DNA of 64,000 nt from Vicugna vicugna (Eukaryota), in NCBI GenBank assembly GCA_013265495.1, contig MU057930.1:884057-948056 (forward strand), given 5' to 3'. Shown one piece after another: positions 1-10,850 of this stretch (positions are counted from its first letter, which is position 1; each line of letters opens with the position of its first letter). The position numbers were made by a program, and so were the translations under genes. The notes under the pieces are model-generated. The model was not told the origin of the DNA. It was given only the letters and a program-made list of their open reading frames with translations, and ran no database searches.

Positions 1-347
1 TTTATCCTGCGTTAGTTCAAATTATGACGTGTGTGGAAAGACACAAAATAAGCCGTATTTCTACATATCTTTCCCTCGGTGGTTCTGATTCCTGATTAAA
101 ATGCGCTGTTGTAAGTATGTAAAGACGCATATTTTAAAATTAATTGTGAACGTAAATTGTGTGAACAGATACTCAGAGAGAAACGTCTTGCTCCTAAAAT
201 TGTTATGTATGTATTGTTCACACCAGCAATACGTGTGAACTCTACGTAATAAGAAGGAATAATTAGATTTCCTTGTCTTGATAGATAACCTGATAACTCT
301 ATTGAAAGCTGAGCACCTAGCATTTTTTAAGACCTACCTGAGAGCTT

Positions 348-865
348 TCAGAAAGACAAAGGGAAGAGGGGGAGGGTGTAGCTCAAGTGGTAGAGCACAT
401 GCTTAGCATACCCAAGGTCCTGGGTTCAATCCCCAGTACCTCCTCTATAAACAAATAATTAGACCTAATTACCTCCCTTTCCACAAAAATAAGTAAATAA
501 TTAACTTGTTCAAAAAGGAAGAGAAAGAAAGAGACCATATGATATCATTTATATGTGGAATCTAAAAAAAAAAAAAAGAAAGAAAGAAAGACAAATGAAC
601 TTATTTACAAAACAAAGAGACTCACACATACAGAAAACAAACTGACGGTTACCAGAGGGGAGATGGGGGTGGGATGGGATAAACCAGGAGTTCAAAATTT
701 GCAGATACAAACTAATATATATATAAAATAGATAAACAACCAGTTCATACTGTACAGCCCAGGAAACTATATTTAATATCTTGTAGTAACTTATGGTGAA
801 AAAGCACATGAAAATGAATATAGGCATGTTCATGTATGCCTGCAACATTCTGCTGTACGCCACCT
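348..865 (+). mobile_element. L1 3' end fragment interrupted by a SINE
   Basis: Typical L1 3'UTR: ...catatgatatcatttatatgtggaatctaaaaa...aaactgacggttaccagaggggag...gtacagcccaggaaactatatttaatatcttgtagtaacttatgg. Confidence 0.85.
368..515 (+). mobile_element. tRNA-derived SINE (camelid Vic-1-like)
   Basis: Head ggggagggtgtagctcaagtggtagagc with A box, B box gggttcaatcccc, then cctaattacctccc and an A-rich tail. Confidence 0.9.
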
Positions 866-1254
866 TTAGCAAGCCTCGTGCAGTAAATGGACTCATTAAG
901 ATGTTATTCCTAAAATGGAGATAAGTCACCAGCTTGTAATTTGACTCTAGGCAGCTCTTGTCTTTAAGATCAGGGAGAGAGCCTGTCCTAAGTGTGCAGG
1001 GGTTTTGCGGCAGAGTCTCAGAGACATCACCTGCCTTTCAGCTTTGTCAATAACTGCGTCTCCCATTCTCTTGTGTGAACCCCGGTAACTTGCTTGGCTA
1101 CTCCACCCTGAAACCCCCAGTTCTCCACACACCTCTGACCTCTTCAGAGCCCATTGCAGGTGACACACTCCATTCTTGGCACTATGCATGAAATTTTAAA
1201 AAGAATAGGATGCAGCAAACTAGTATGCCCAGTCAAAATCTGAATTTCAAAAAC

Positions 1255-1515
1255 AAAAACACTAATTTGAAAAGATACATGCACCCCCGTGTTCACAGCA
1301 GCACTATTTACAACAGCCAAGACAGAGAAGGAACCTAAATGAGCATCAGCAGATGACTGGATAAAAAAGATGTGGTGTAATTATACAATGGAATACTACT
1401 CAGTCATGAAAAAGAATAAAATAATGACATTTGCAGCAACATGGATGTACGTGGAGGACATTACGCTAAGTGAAGTAAGTCAGACAGAGAAAGACAAATA
1501 CTATATAATATCACT
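1255..1515 (+). mobile_element. L1 ORF2 3' end fragment
   Basis: ORF 1370-1552 (YTMEYYSVMKKNKIMTFAATWM..LSEVSQTEKDKY) is the L1 ORF2 C-terminus. Confidence 0.9.
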
Positions 1516-2324
1516 TACCAAACCAGACATGTTTGCTTGTTATCAAAAGTAAAGATTCAGGATTCAGTTGAAAGCAAATATGTTGTATGATGGCATTCTA
1601 GCAGTCATTAAAGAAAACCAGCTTATTTTGGGGTGAAAAAACCAAGTTGGCTTCCAGATGTTAATGGATATACTGTTCTTTCTACACATGACAGCTGCCC
1701 ATATCAGACTTAGGTCATAGGACGTATTTCTAATCAGTTACCTAAAGCTTTTATGTTTCTGTTTGTTTTGTTTTTGTTTCATTGGCTTTTTTTCTGCATA
1801 AAAAAGACAATGGTGCCCTAGATGCCTTGGTGATAATTTGTCTCTGGTTACAACTCACTTGTGGGAGATGGAGTAGCCCTAATTGGACCACATTGTTCAA
1901 GTATCTTCATGCCAAAGGGGTGGTTGTGTCCAAGCTGATCTGAGAAACAAGGAGCCTTTAAAATTCTGGCTTTGAAGAACCAAGCCCCTGACTAAAATGC
2001 TGACGTGCACCCTTAAATCAAGACGTATTATGAATTCCTTTTCCACCAGTAAAAAGTGACACCGAAGGAAATCTGGTGCATATTTATTGCTCTCTAGCTG
2101 TTGCTATAGCCATTTAAATTATTCTGCAGAGCACCAGGCGTGACTCTCTGAAGGTCTCCTGCAGAGCAAGGTCTTTAAATTTCCGTTTCGGTTTCATTCC
2201 CCAGAGAGTCTGGGATGATCACTGGCTGTCACTCATGGTTCATTTTCCCCCTGTGCTGAAATCACACCTTTCACCATGACGTGAGAGCCTAAATAGAGGC
2301 TTTCTCTGACTGTAATATCTACAA

Positions 2325-2490
2325 CAGTGGTTCTAACCTGGTGGTGCCATTTTTGGTTATCTCATCGAGATGGGGTGCTGCTGGCCATTACTGGGTGGGG
2401 ACTAGGGACCCTGCTGGACATCCTATAAGGCGCAGGACGGTCCCTACCACCGAGAATTATCTGACGCCAAATGTCAAGAGTGCAAAGATC
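2325..2490 (+). mobile_element. MER20-like hAT DNA transposon fossil
   Basis: cagtggttct start; ...gctggacatcctataaggcgcaggacggtccctaccaccgagaattatctgacgccaaatgtcaagagtgc resembles MER20. Confidence 0.7.
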
Positions 2491-2919
2491 TATGCAGAAC
2501 TATAGCCACGATGGAATTGTGCTGTTTGGGTTTCTGGTCTACCAGCACTGTGCTCCATGACAGATTCTGATGCAATGTAGTTGCATGATATTTGGACACC
2601 CTTGATGTTAAATACCAAAGAGAAAAAAAAATGAAGCAAAGCTGCAATTCCGTGCAATTCTATAAGTACTGATGGAAAAATACTGCATGCTAGCAGCGGG
2701 GATTCAAAGATACATGTGATGTGGACCCCTCCAGCCCTTCAAGGAGCTTATAATACATGGGTAGGGGCATTCCTGAAAGTGGATAAATTTAATATAATCC
2801 GTAAATATGCTTAGGACAAAGTGGAAGCAAGATCGTGTACCAATGCCTAGTACTTTGTGTACGAAGGTGAATTGTATTTCATAGGAATATTCTGACTGCC
2901 TAAAATAGACAATTACTAT

Positions 2920-3122
2920 AGGTAGGCAGGTAGGTAGGTAGATAGATAGACAGACAGACATATAGACAGACACACAGACAGATAGAATGGATGGATGGAT
3001 GGATGGATGGATAGACAGATAGACAGACACAGAGACACACAGAGAGAGACACAGACAGAATGGATGGATGGATGGATTGATGGATAGACTGATGGATAGA
3101 TAGATATACACACAAACAGACA
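2920..3122. repeat. Compound tetranucleotide microsatellite (GGTA/GACA/GGAT/GATA)
   Basis: Directly visible; source of the spurious ORFs at 2704-3328. Confidence 0.95.
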
Positions 3123-3663
3123 TATAAATAAGTACCCTTGCATATAAATAATAACAATAAAGTAAAAACAATTAGGAGCTTTCCTTGAGAAACTCGTATC
3201 GTGTGCTGGAGTATTTCAGTTTTCTCCTTTTGTCTCCTCTCAAAGCCCTGCACATAGTTGGTACGGTTTTTAAGAAAAGGGATCGTGTTGTAATTAGATG
3301 GGCTAAGAAGCGTTCTGTTCTTTTTCAAGTTGGAAGGAGCGGAGGCATATTACTGCGCTGCAGAAAGAAAGCAGGTGGGGAGGGGAAAAGGTAAAATTAC
3401 CGATAAGAGAGCGAGACGGGTGAAACTAGGAGATAGAATAAAGCAATTAGGAGACAGCACGGGAGCAGAGGATAAGATCTGGAAGTCTGTATTCCCCTCT
3501 GAGATTGGAACGGACGGAGGGGAGGAGGGAGGAGGAGCTGGGAAAAGGGAGGGAGGGAGGAAGCAGAGGACAGGAGGGAGGGAGAGAGAAAGGTTAACTT
3601 GCTTGGACACAGACAAGTTTAGATTTCGGGTGGTGGATTGTGGACAACATTCATTGACTCTTT

Positions 3664-3806
3664 TAAAATTTTTTTTATTTATTTCTTTGCAGGGGTAATT
3701 AGGTTTATTTGTTTGTTTATTTAAAAGGAGGTGCTGGGGATGGAACCCAGGACCTCGTACATGCTAAGCACACACTCCACCCCTGAGCTGTACCCTACCC
3801 ACCCCC
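3664..3806 (-). mobile_element. Vic-1-like SINE with target-site duplication
   Basis: Reverse-complement SINE head (gaacccaggacctcgtacatgctaagc...tgagctgtaccct); TSD TCATTGACTCTTT at 3651-3663 and 3807-3819. Confidence 0.92.
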
Positions 3807-6533
3807 TCATTGACTCTTTCAGTTTCTCTGAGTATGGACTTTCTCCTGCACTGTCCCAGGAAAATAAGCAGTAAAAAAATGTTGTAAATGGAATATAGGA
3901 GGTGAAAATGAAGACTTTTTTTAATCCATTATTATATTTTTGACCCTGAGCAGATCTTCTACTGTTCTCAAAAGCGCTATCTTTAATGGATTGTATAACT
4001 CTAGTGTTTTCGCTGCCATTTTATTTATGTTTATTTTTTTATCCTACTCTTCTTTTGTTTTTGAACCCCAGGAAGCTACCATAGGAATTTTAGTAACACT
4101 TAAATCATGCAAAAATGCATTTGAAGGGGAAAAACCAACTGAAATGGCAGAATAGTTAAAATAATAGAAATCAAAACACTAAAAAAAATGCATTTGAAGT
4201 ATATAGGATTGGTGTGACTTAATGCACCTAATAACAAGTCCTCAAGATATTTTTTTAAACACTAGTATAATTTCAAGGACAAATGAACAAGTCCACAATC
4301 CCAGCGTGTGGTTTTTAAACACATCTCTCTCGTAAAACGAAAGCTGAAATGGATAAAATACTGGTAAAGATATGGAATATTTCAGTTTAAACCGTGTTGC
4401 TAACTGCACATCCCCACAGCAACACTGAGCACCAATGCATGTGTAATCACCGTTGGAAATGACTGTCACCTTCCTCCCACCGTGTTTAGGCCATTCAGTT
4501 CTTTATGTCAATGTTGGCAGGAAGTGCAGTGTTAGGATGTAGCACAGATCTGTTGTTCCTGGGGGTGGGCTGGATATCAGATTCGCCTCTGTGACTTGGA
4601 AAGAATGCAGGTAACCTTTGACTCACGGACTCAGAATTCCAGATAAATGCTTAAACGGGAAGTTTTAAAATGCTCCAAAGGTCGTTGCGATACACAATGC
4701 TGGTCAGTAACTACTGATTTTTTTTTTTAAACGCTATAGGTATTATAAAAATAAAGATTTATCTGTTAGCAATATTTTCATCTATATCCATCTATATTAA
4801 GTATATATTTATATACTTTATATATATGATTTTAATTTAATATTTATAAGTGTATAACCATATCAAATGCAGGGCTGTGGCTTTTCACAGGTAGAAAAGA
4901 CGAAAATAGCGAATTCAGTCTGCTGGTGAGAGAGTTGTTTATGTCCTCAGCCAAAGGTTTGGAAGAAAACCCTTCCAAAGGCTGATAGCCTAGGGGAAAT
5001 GGGGTGCGTGTTTCTGACCCACCCCCAGACCTATTAAATGAGAAACTAAGAGAAAATCTAAGCTCTTAAACTAAGTGTACGGGAGGGGAGATGATACGAG
5101 ATGGGAGGAGTCTGATCAGAGCCAGAGAGAGAGACATTTAAGATCTTGGCAGTGATGCTATTTTCACGCAATCATGGTGGTATTGGGATGGAGTGGAAGG
5201 CAGGCATTGGGGTCCAGGAAGAAGTTAGTTTGTTAGAAGGAGCCTCTCTATGGACAGCGAATGCTCTGGAATTTTTGCAGAAGATCAGCCGGAGATAACT
5301 GTGTGTCTGATGACAAACTCTGCCAAGACTGGGAGGGGAGACCCTGTTGAGGAGTTGTGTTGGTGGGGTGGAGGGTGCTGTGTTAGACTTCAGGGGGTGA
5401 AGCCTGATCTCATGGGAAAGATGCATTTTTTTTTTTTACAAGGACTCCTCAATCCTTGATTCCGTGGCACTGGGGCTCAGCCATAGAAGGCGGGGGACGG
5501 ATAGGACGAAGGGTCATGAAGTCTGTTCATCTTAGCATCATCTCATTCTATAACCACACGAGATTCTTCTCGCTGGCATTTTCTGCCTTACTGTCACTTC
5601 AAGTTTCGCCTGAGTTTCTTTCTTTGACAAATGTCTCCAAGTATTAAAAGCTGAGTTGACATTAGGCATTTATGAATATCCCCTAAAAACACATATTATG
5701 TAAAAGGACAGGTGGGGACATCACATGTTATATCCAAGTACAGGTGGGATAAAATATCTTTGGGCTTTAAAAAAAATGAATTAGATCAGGATTAGGCAGT
5801 CCAGAAGAAAACAGTAAAGCAAAACCACATGCAAGGATCCATCTGTGGTCTTTGCTCCAACTGGTCTTTCTTACTTCAAAGATCAACAGACGCTTCCAAG
5901 CCCCATGGTGAGGATGTGCAGGAAGCAAAAGGGAAGACATCAAGTTTCGGGAAGAGTTCATAGGATTATACTGAAAGTCACTTGGTAAAAAATAAGTGGG
6001 GAGGTACTGCAATGAACGCCGATTCGAACTTTGTACTCAAGAATCTCCGAATCTGTGCCGTGGTGCCATTTGTCATTTTGTGAGTTGGGAGATGGTTCGG
6101 TGTTGAGGTTTGTTTCCTGTCACATGCATCCTTGTCAGTGGGCGCTTCTAAGCTGGCATGATTCCCAGGCGCTCAGGCTGCGGGCCGATGGCAGGCATGG
6201 CCTGATTCACGACAGATATTTAAGGATCTCAGGACGGGGCTGGCGCGTTGCCCGATGTCATTGGTGGGGACTCCCGGTGGCTCCCATTTGAAGGGCTAGA
6301 TCTGCATCCGAGCACCAGCGTTCCTTCCAGGAGGGCAAGGTTTACCGGGTGCCCCTGATAGTGAGCGCACTGTGTGCTTACTGTGCACACAAGAGTCCAG
6401 CCTCCGGCCGTGGAGATTTCAAACCCTTGGAGGTGGGCACCAGTGTTGTGTCTTCTTAGCAAGAGCCTCAGGCAAAGGTTACCATAGGGGTGTTGCCTGA
6501 TTGCGCATTTCTTTGCACAAATCTGTCCTCAGT

Positions 6534-6677
6534 TTCTTTTCATTTATTTATTTATTATTTTATTTTCGGGTAACTAGGTCTATTTATTTATTTACGCTTA
6601 GAGGAGGCACTGGGGACTGACCCCAGGACCTTCGGCATGCTGAGCATGCGCTCGACCACTTGAGCTGTACCCTCCCC
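6534..6677 (-). mobile_element. Vic-1-like SINE
   Basis: T-rich tail then gaggcactggggactgaccccaggacc...ccacttgagctgtaccctcccc. Confidence 0.88.
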
Positions 6678-6729
6678 ACCTTAGTGAGGAAAATGATTGC
6701 TTTTAAAATCTCGCTGTTTCCAGACTTTT

Positions 6730-6890
6730 GTTTATTTTTATTTTTTAATAACATCACTTTACTTACGTTTTGGTAGGGGGAAGTAATTAAGTTTATTTAT
6801 TTACGTATTTTAACGGAGGTGCTGGGGATTGAACCCAGGACGTCGTGCGTGCTAAGCACAGCCTCTACCACTTGAGCTGTTTCCTCCCCC
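6730..6890 (-). mobile_element. Vic-1-like SINE
   Basis: ggggattgaacccaggacgtcgtgcgtgctaagc...ttgagctg; near-perfect TSD tccaga(c/t)tttt at 6719-6729 and 6891-6901. Confidence 0.9.
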
Positions 6891-7217
6891 TCCAGATTTT
6901 TAGATTGTCACAATTCTGAGAATTTGGCCCCCCCATAGGGTATCCCCCCCCCCCCGATGGCTATGCATTATGGAAGAAATGGACAATTACCTTGTCACAT
7001 CTATTTCCTTAGTTTTAGAAAAGACATTCTTCTCTAGAGAGTCTGGCCAGTCCCCAAGAGTGGTTCCCAAATCGGAAAGTCTATGTTTTAATAGAATCTG
7101 ACCTCATTCGTTCATGATTAAGTGTCAGCAGAAGGACGATACGTGCGGTTCTCCAGGCTGTTCTTAGTGTCTAGTCAGATGAAGTTGCTTCGCACATAAC
7201 AGATTACACCCTCGGGG

Positions 7218-7887
7218 CAGGGTCTCTCCATTCAGCACTAGTGACATCTGGGGCTGGATCATTCTTTGTGGTGCCGTTACTACTGAGTCCAAACTCGTTC
7301 TGCTCGCCGCACGGCAGGCCAATAAGTGGGGAGCGAGGTGTTGGGGCGAGGAATAGCGACTTTATTCGGAAAGCCAGACCGAGAGGATGGCAGACTCATG
7401 TCTTGGAGAACCATCCTGCCCCAGTCAGAATTCAGGCTCCTTTTATACAAAAAAAAAAAAAAACACAAAACAAAACACGGGAGGGGGTGTGATTGCTTGT
7501 TGCAAACTTCTTGGTATGGGAGTTCTTTGTTCCTGCAGCCGTCCACGTGGCCCAGGTCATGGTGCTCCTGCAAAACCTCCAACAAAACAAATGTTTTCCT
7601 CTGTTCTGCAACTTCGTTATCCTTACGTGAGTGCAGAGCTGGCAAGACTCAGCCTAGGAAACAGGGCCCAGGGTCCAACACAAAGGAACAGATCTAACAT
7701 GGAGTCAGCTGCATTGTCCTCTTTTACAGAGGGGTTGTCCTGTGCGCTGTAAGGTGTTCTGCATTGTCTCTGGTCTCCACTCACTACATGTTGGTAATAC
7801 TTCCCCAGTTAAAGCAACCAAAAAGTGTCTTCAGACACTGACAGATGTCCCCGTGCGGGGGAAGTACTCCTGGGTGAGAACCCCTGC
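7218..7887 (-). mobile_element. MER20-like hAT fossil split by an LTR insertion (halves ~7218-7274 and ~7729-7887)
   Basis: Left half cagggtctctc..gacatctggggctggatcattctttgtgg joins the right half ggggttgtcctgtgcgctgtaagg...cagacactgacagatgtcccc...tgagaacccctg. Confidence 0.7.
7275..7728 (-). mobile_element. ERV1-type solo LTR
   Basis: (T/C)GTTAC...TTTTACA termini, AATAAA on the minus strand (tttatt ~7361), ~450 bp, interrupts MER20. Confidence 0.75.
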
Positions 7888-8118
7888 CACTGAGATGTGA
7901 GTGAGGAAAAGTGTTGTCATTGTTAAAATGCTAACTTTTTCCTGTATGGAACCCTCACTGAAGAATAGTTTTAATTTTCAGATTTTATTGAAGGAGGGGA
8001 GAATATTTAAGGGAGGCACCAAAATATAGACAAAGTTTTTTTCTAAATTTAATAACCTTTTATTATTACAGAAACAATACATCTGCAGGATGGAACATTA
8101 AAAAAAAAAAAAGAAAGT

Positions 8119-8290
8119 GGGGCGGGGACAGCTCAAGGGGCAGAGCGCGTGCTTAGCATGCACGAGGTCCTGGGTTCAATCCCCAGTGCCTCCATTAAAA
8201 CAAACAAACAAATAAATAAACCTAATTACCCCCCCCCACCAAAAAAAAAAAGAAATTAAAAAAAGATAAAAAAAACAAATAAAAATATAG
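8119..8290 (+). mobile_element. Vic-1-like SINE
   Basis: agctcaagggg cagagcgcgtgcttagcatgcacgaggtcctgggttcaatcccc, cctaattacccc, A tail. Confidence 0.92.
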
Positions 8291-9419
8291 AAATAAAAGC
8301 ATCGTGTCCCCGCCACACAGTGATTATCATGAGTGACACTGTAGTATGTATCTTTCCAGATCTTTCATTACATATATCTTTTTTATTACATAAAGGCTAT
8401 CAGACTGACTGCACCACTTTTTAATCTCCTTTTCTTTCATTGAATAATGTCCATGTTTTTATTTCAGTAAATTCTGTTTTACCATTTTACTGTCTGGAAC
8501 ATATTCAAATCCTCCCAGCTGATTCCCCAGAGGGTTATAACTGGTTTGTCCGAATCCAAAACTGAAGCACAAATGACATCTGATCGTATGTGCATAAAAC
8601 TGTGTATGGTGTCCCCTCCCCACCACGTACACCTTTCTCTTTGCCATTGTCCCATTGAAACCGCCAGCTCAGCTTTCCAACAGCATCTTCCCTCCTTCCA
8701 GACGTGTCCTTGCCCTGCTGTTTAGTTCGGTTGCTCACTTTTAAATTTTCTATCCCCTCGTTTAGAAATAGCCAGAGTGTCGTTTCAAAGAGAACAGACA
8801 TTGGTGAATTTTGCAGAACGTGTGAGAAAGTGGAGCAGGCAGGAGACTCACCTTTTGAAAAACGCGTCTGAGGGTGTTTCTTGATGGTACCGTCTGAGCA
8901 TTCAAGGTCTCTCTCCATTGCCCTGATGATATGAAGACATATTAGCTGCAGACGTAATGAAGAGCAATGACACCTGCCTATTGACCCTTTAAATTTCTCC
9001 TTTCATTTCATTACTGAAATTTATTTATCAATCAATTTGCCCTGATTGGCTTCTATAATTGTAAGGAGCCTTGAAGGGTAAATGGGATGGTGTCCAAATC
9101 ACATTAGCTGTCTACTAAGGGACGTGCCAATGTAAATATCATGAATTTCCTTCACAATCCATGTCAGTTTAATGAATTTATCACTCCACTCAGCTTTATC
9201 CCCCACCAAGGTCTCTGTGTGACAGAACAATGAGGAAAAACTGAACGGTAACTTTAAAGGGAATGCTTCAGATTTGGAAAAACCATGTGTAGTTTTTACA
9301 TGGTTTCATTAGGAAATTAATGGCTTAAGCCGTGTAGATCAGTTACCACCTTTGCAGCCATTTTAAGCACAGTGAATCAGTTAATCTTCCCCCCCCACAG
9401 AATGTACTACATTGTACTT

Positions 9420-10115
9420 TGTTTTAATAACAACTTTATTGAATTGCAATTGATGAATCATAAAATTTGCACTTCTAAGATGTCTGTTTTGATGGCTCTT
9501 GGTACACTCACAATTGTGTATCTATCACCACTGCTTAATTTCAGAATGTTTTTATCACCCCCTCCAAGAAACCCTACACCCACTTTTAGGCAGCCTCCAT
9601 CTCCTCTTCTCTCGATAACGGTCACCATGAATCTCCTTTCTTTATATGTTTTCTCCTTCTTGACATTTTACATAAAATTGGACTGCAGAATATGTGATCT
9701 TTTCAGTCTGGATTCTTTTGCTTAGTGTACTGATTTCAAAGTTAAGCCACATTGTAGTTTGTATCAGTTATTTGATTCATTTTTATGGCTGAATAATATT
9801 CCATTGTGTCGATATACCTCCTTTTGTTGATTCATCCATCCATTGATAAACGTGTGGTTTGATTCCACCTTTTGTCTCTTATGAATAATGGTGCTCTGCG
9901 TGTTCATGTACAAGTTTCTGTGTGGACTCTCATTTTTCTCGGGTATGTTATGAAGGAGTGAAATTGTTGGGTCATGTGCTAACTCCATGTTTAACTGTTG
10001 AGAAATCACCAGACTATCTTCTGAAGTGGAGGAAACATCTTACATTTCACCAGCAATGCGTGAGGGTTTCCATTTTTCCACAGCCTGTCCAGTGCCTGTT
10101 ACTGACCTTTTTTTT
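9420..10115 (-). mobile_element. Old L1 (L1M-type) 3' fragment
   Basis: ttttatggctgaataatattccattgtg, catttcaccagcaatgcgtgagggtttccatttttccacagcct; ORF 9764-10009 has an L1 ORF2-like ELAHDPTISLL. Confidence 0.85.
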
Positions 10116-10169
10116 TCAGCCCCCCATCGAAAGCATAGACTGTGAAAATTTTAATTTTAAAAACAACTG

Positions 10170-10850
10170 GCGAATGGACGTAGAGATGATCATACTAAGT
10201 GAAGTAAGTCAGACAGAGAAAGAGAAATGGCACATGAGATCACTCACATGTGGGATCTAAACTATGATACAAATGAACTTACTCACAAAACAGAGGAGGG
10301 AGGGTCTAGCTCAGTGGTAGAGTGCATGCTTAGCATGCACGAGGCCCTGGGTTCAATCCCCAGTACCTCCACAAAAAAAAAATGACACCCCATTTTGGGG
10401 GGAGATGGTATAGCTCAATGATAGAGTGCACAGTTAGCATGGGTGAGGTCCTAAGTTCAATCCCCACTACCTCCATTAAAAATAAATTAATAAGTAAATA
10501 AATAAATAAGCCCCCTCACCTAAAAAAATTTAAAAAAACAAACAAAACAGAAACAGACTAACAGCCAATGAAAATAAACTTATGGTTACCAAAGGGGAAA
10601 GGAGGGGGGATAAATTAGGAGCTTGGGATTAAAAGATACAAACTATCATTTATCAAATAAATAAACATCAAAGTCCTACTGTATAACACATGGAAATATA
10701 TTCAATAGCTTGTAATAACCTATCATGGAAAAGAATCTGAAAAAGAATATGTATATTCAATTGTATGTATATATAATTGACTTACTTTGCTGTACACCAC
10801 AAACTAACACAATATTGTAAATCAACTATACTTCAACTGAAAAAAAAAAA
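10170..10850 (+). mobile_element. L1 3' end containing a tandem SINE pair
   Basis: atggacgtagagatgatcatactaagtgaagtaagtcagacagag...ttgtaaatcaactatacttcaac followed by poly(A). Confidence 0.9.
10295..10541 (+). mobile_element. Two tandem Vic-1-like SINE heads (10295-10382 and 10397-10541)
   Basis: Two tagctca..gttcaatcccc heads; one TSD ACAAAACAGA at 10285-10294 and 10542-10551 flanks both. Confidence 0.88.

Noticed and set aside
368..445. SINE heads as genuine tRNA genes
   Set aside because: They have divergent stems, SINE bodies, A tails and TSDs, so they are retroposed copies.
2704..3328. Overlapping 75-155 aa ORFs
   Set aside because: They are translations of a stop-poor microsatellite.
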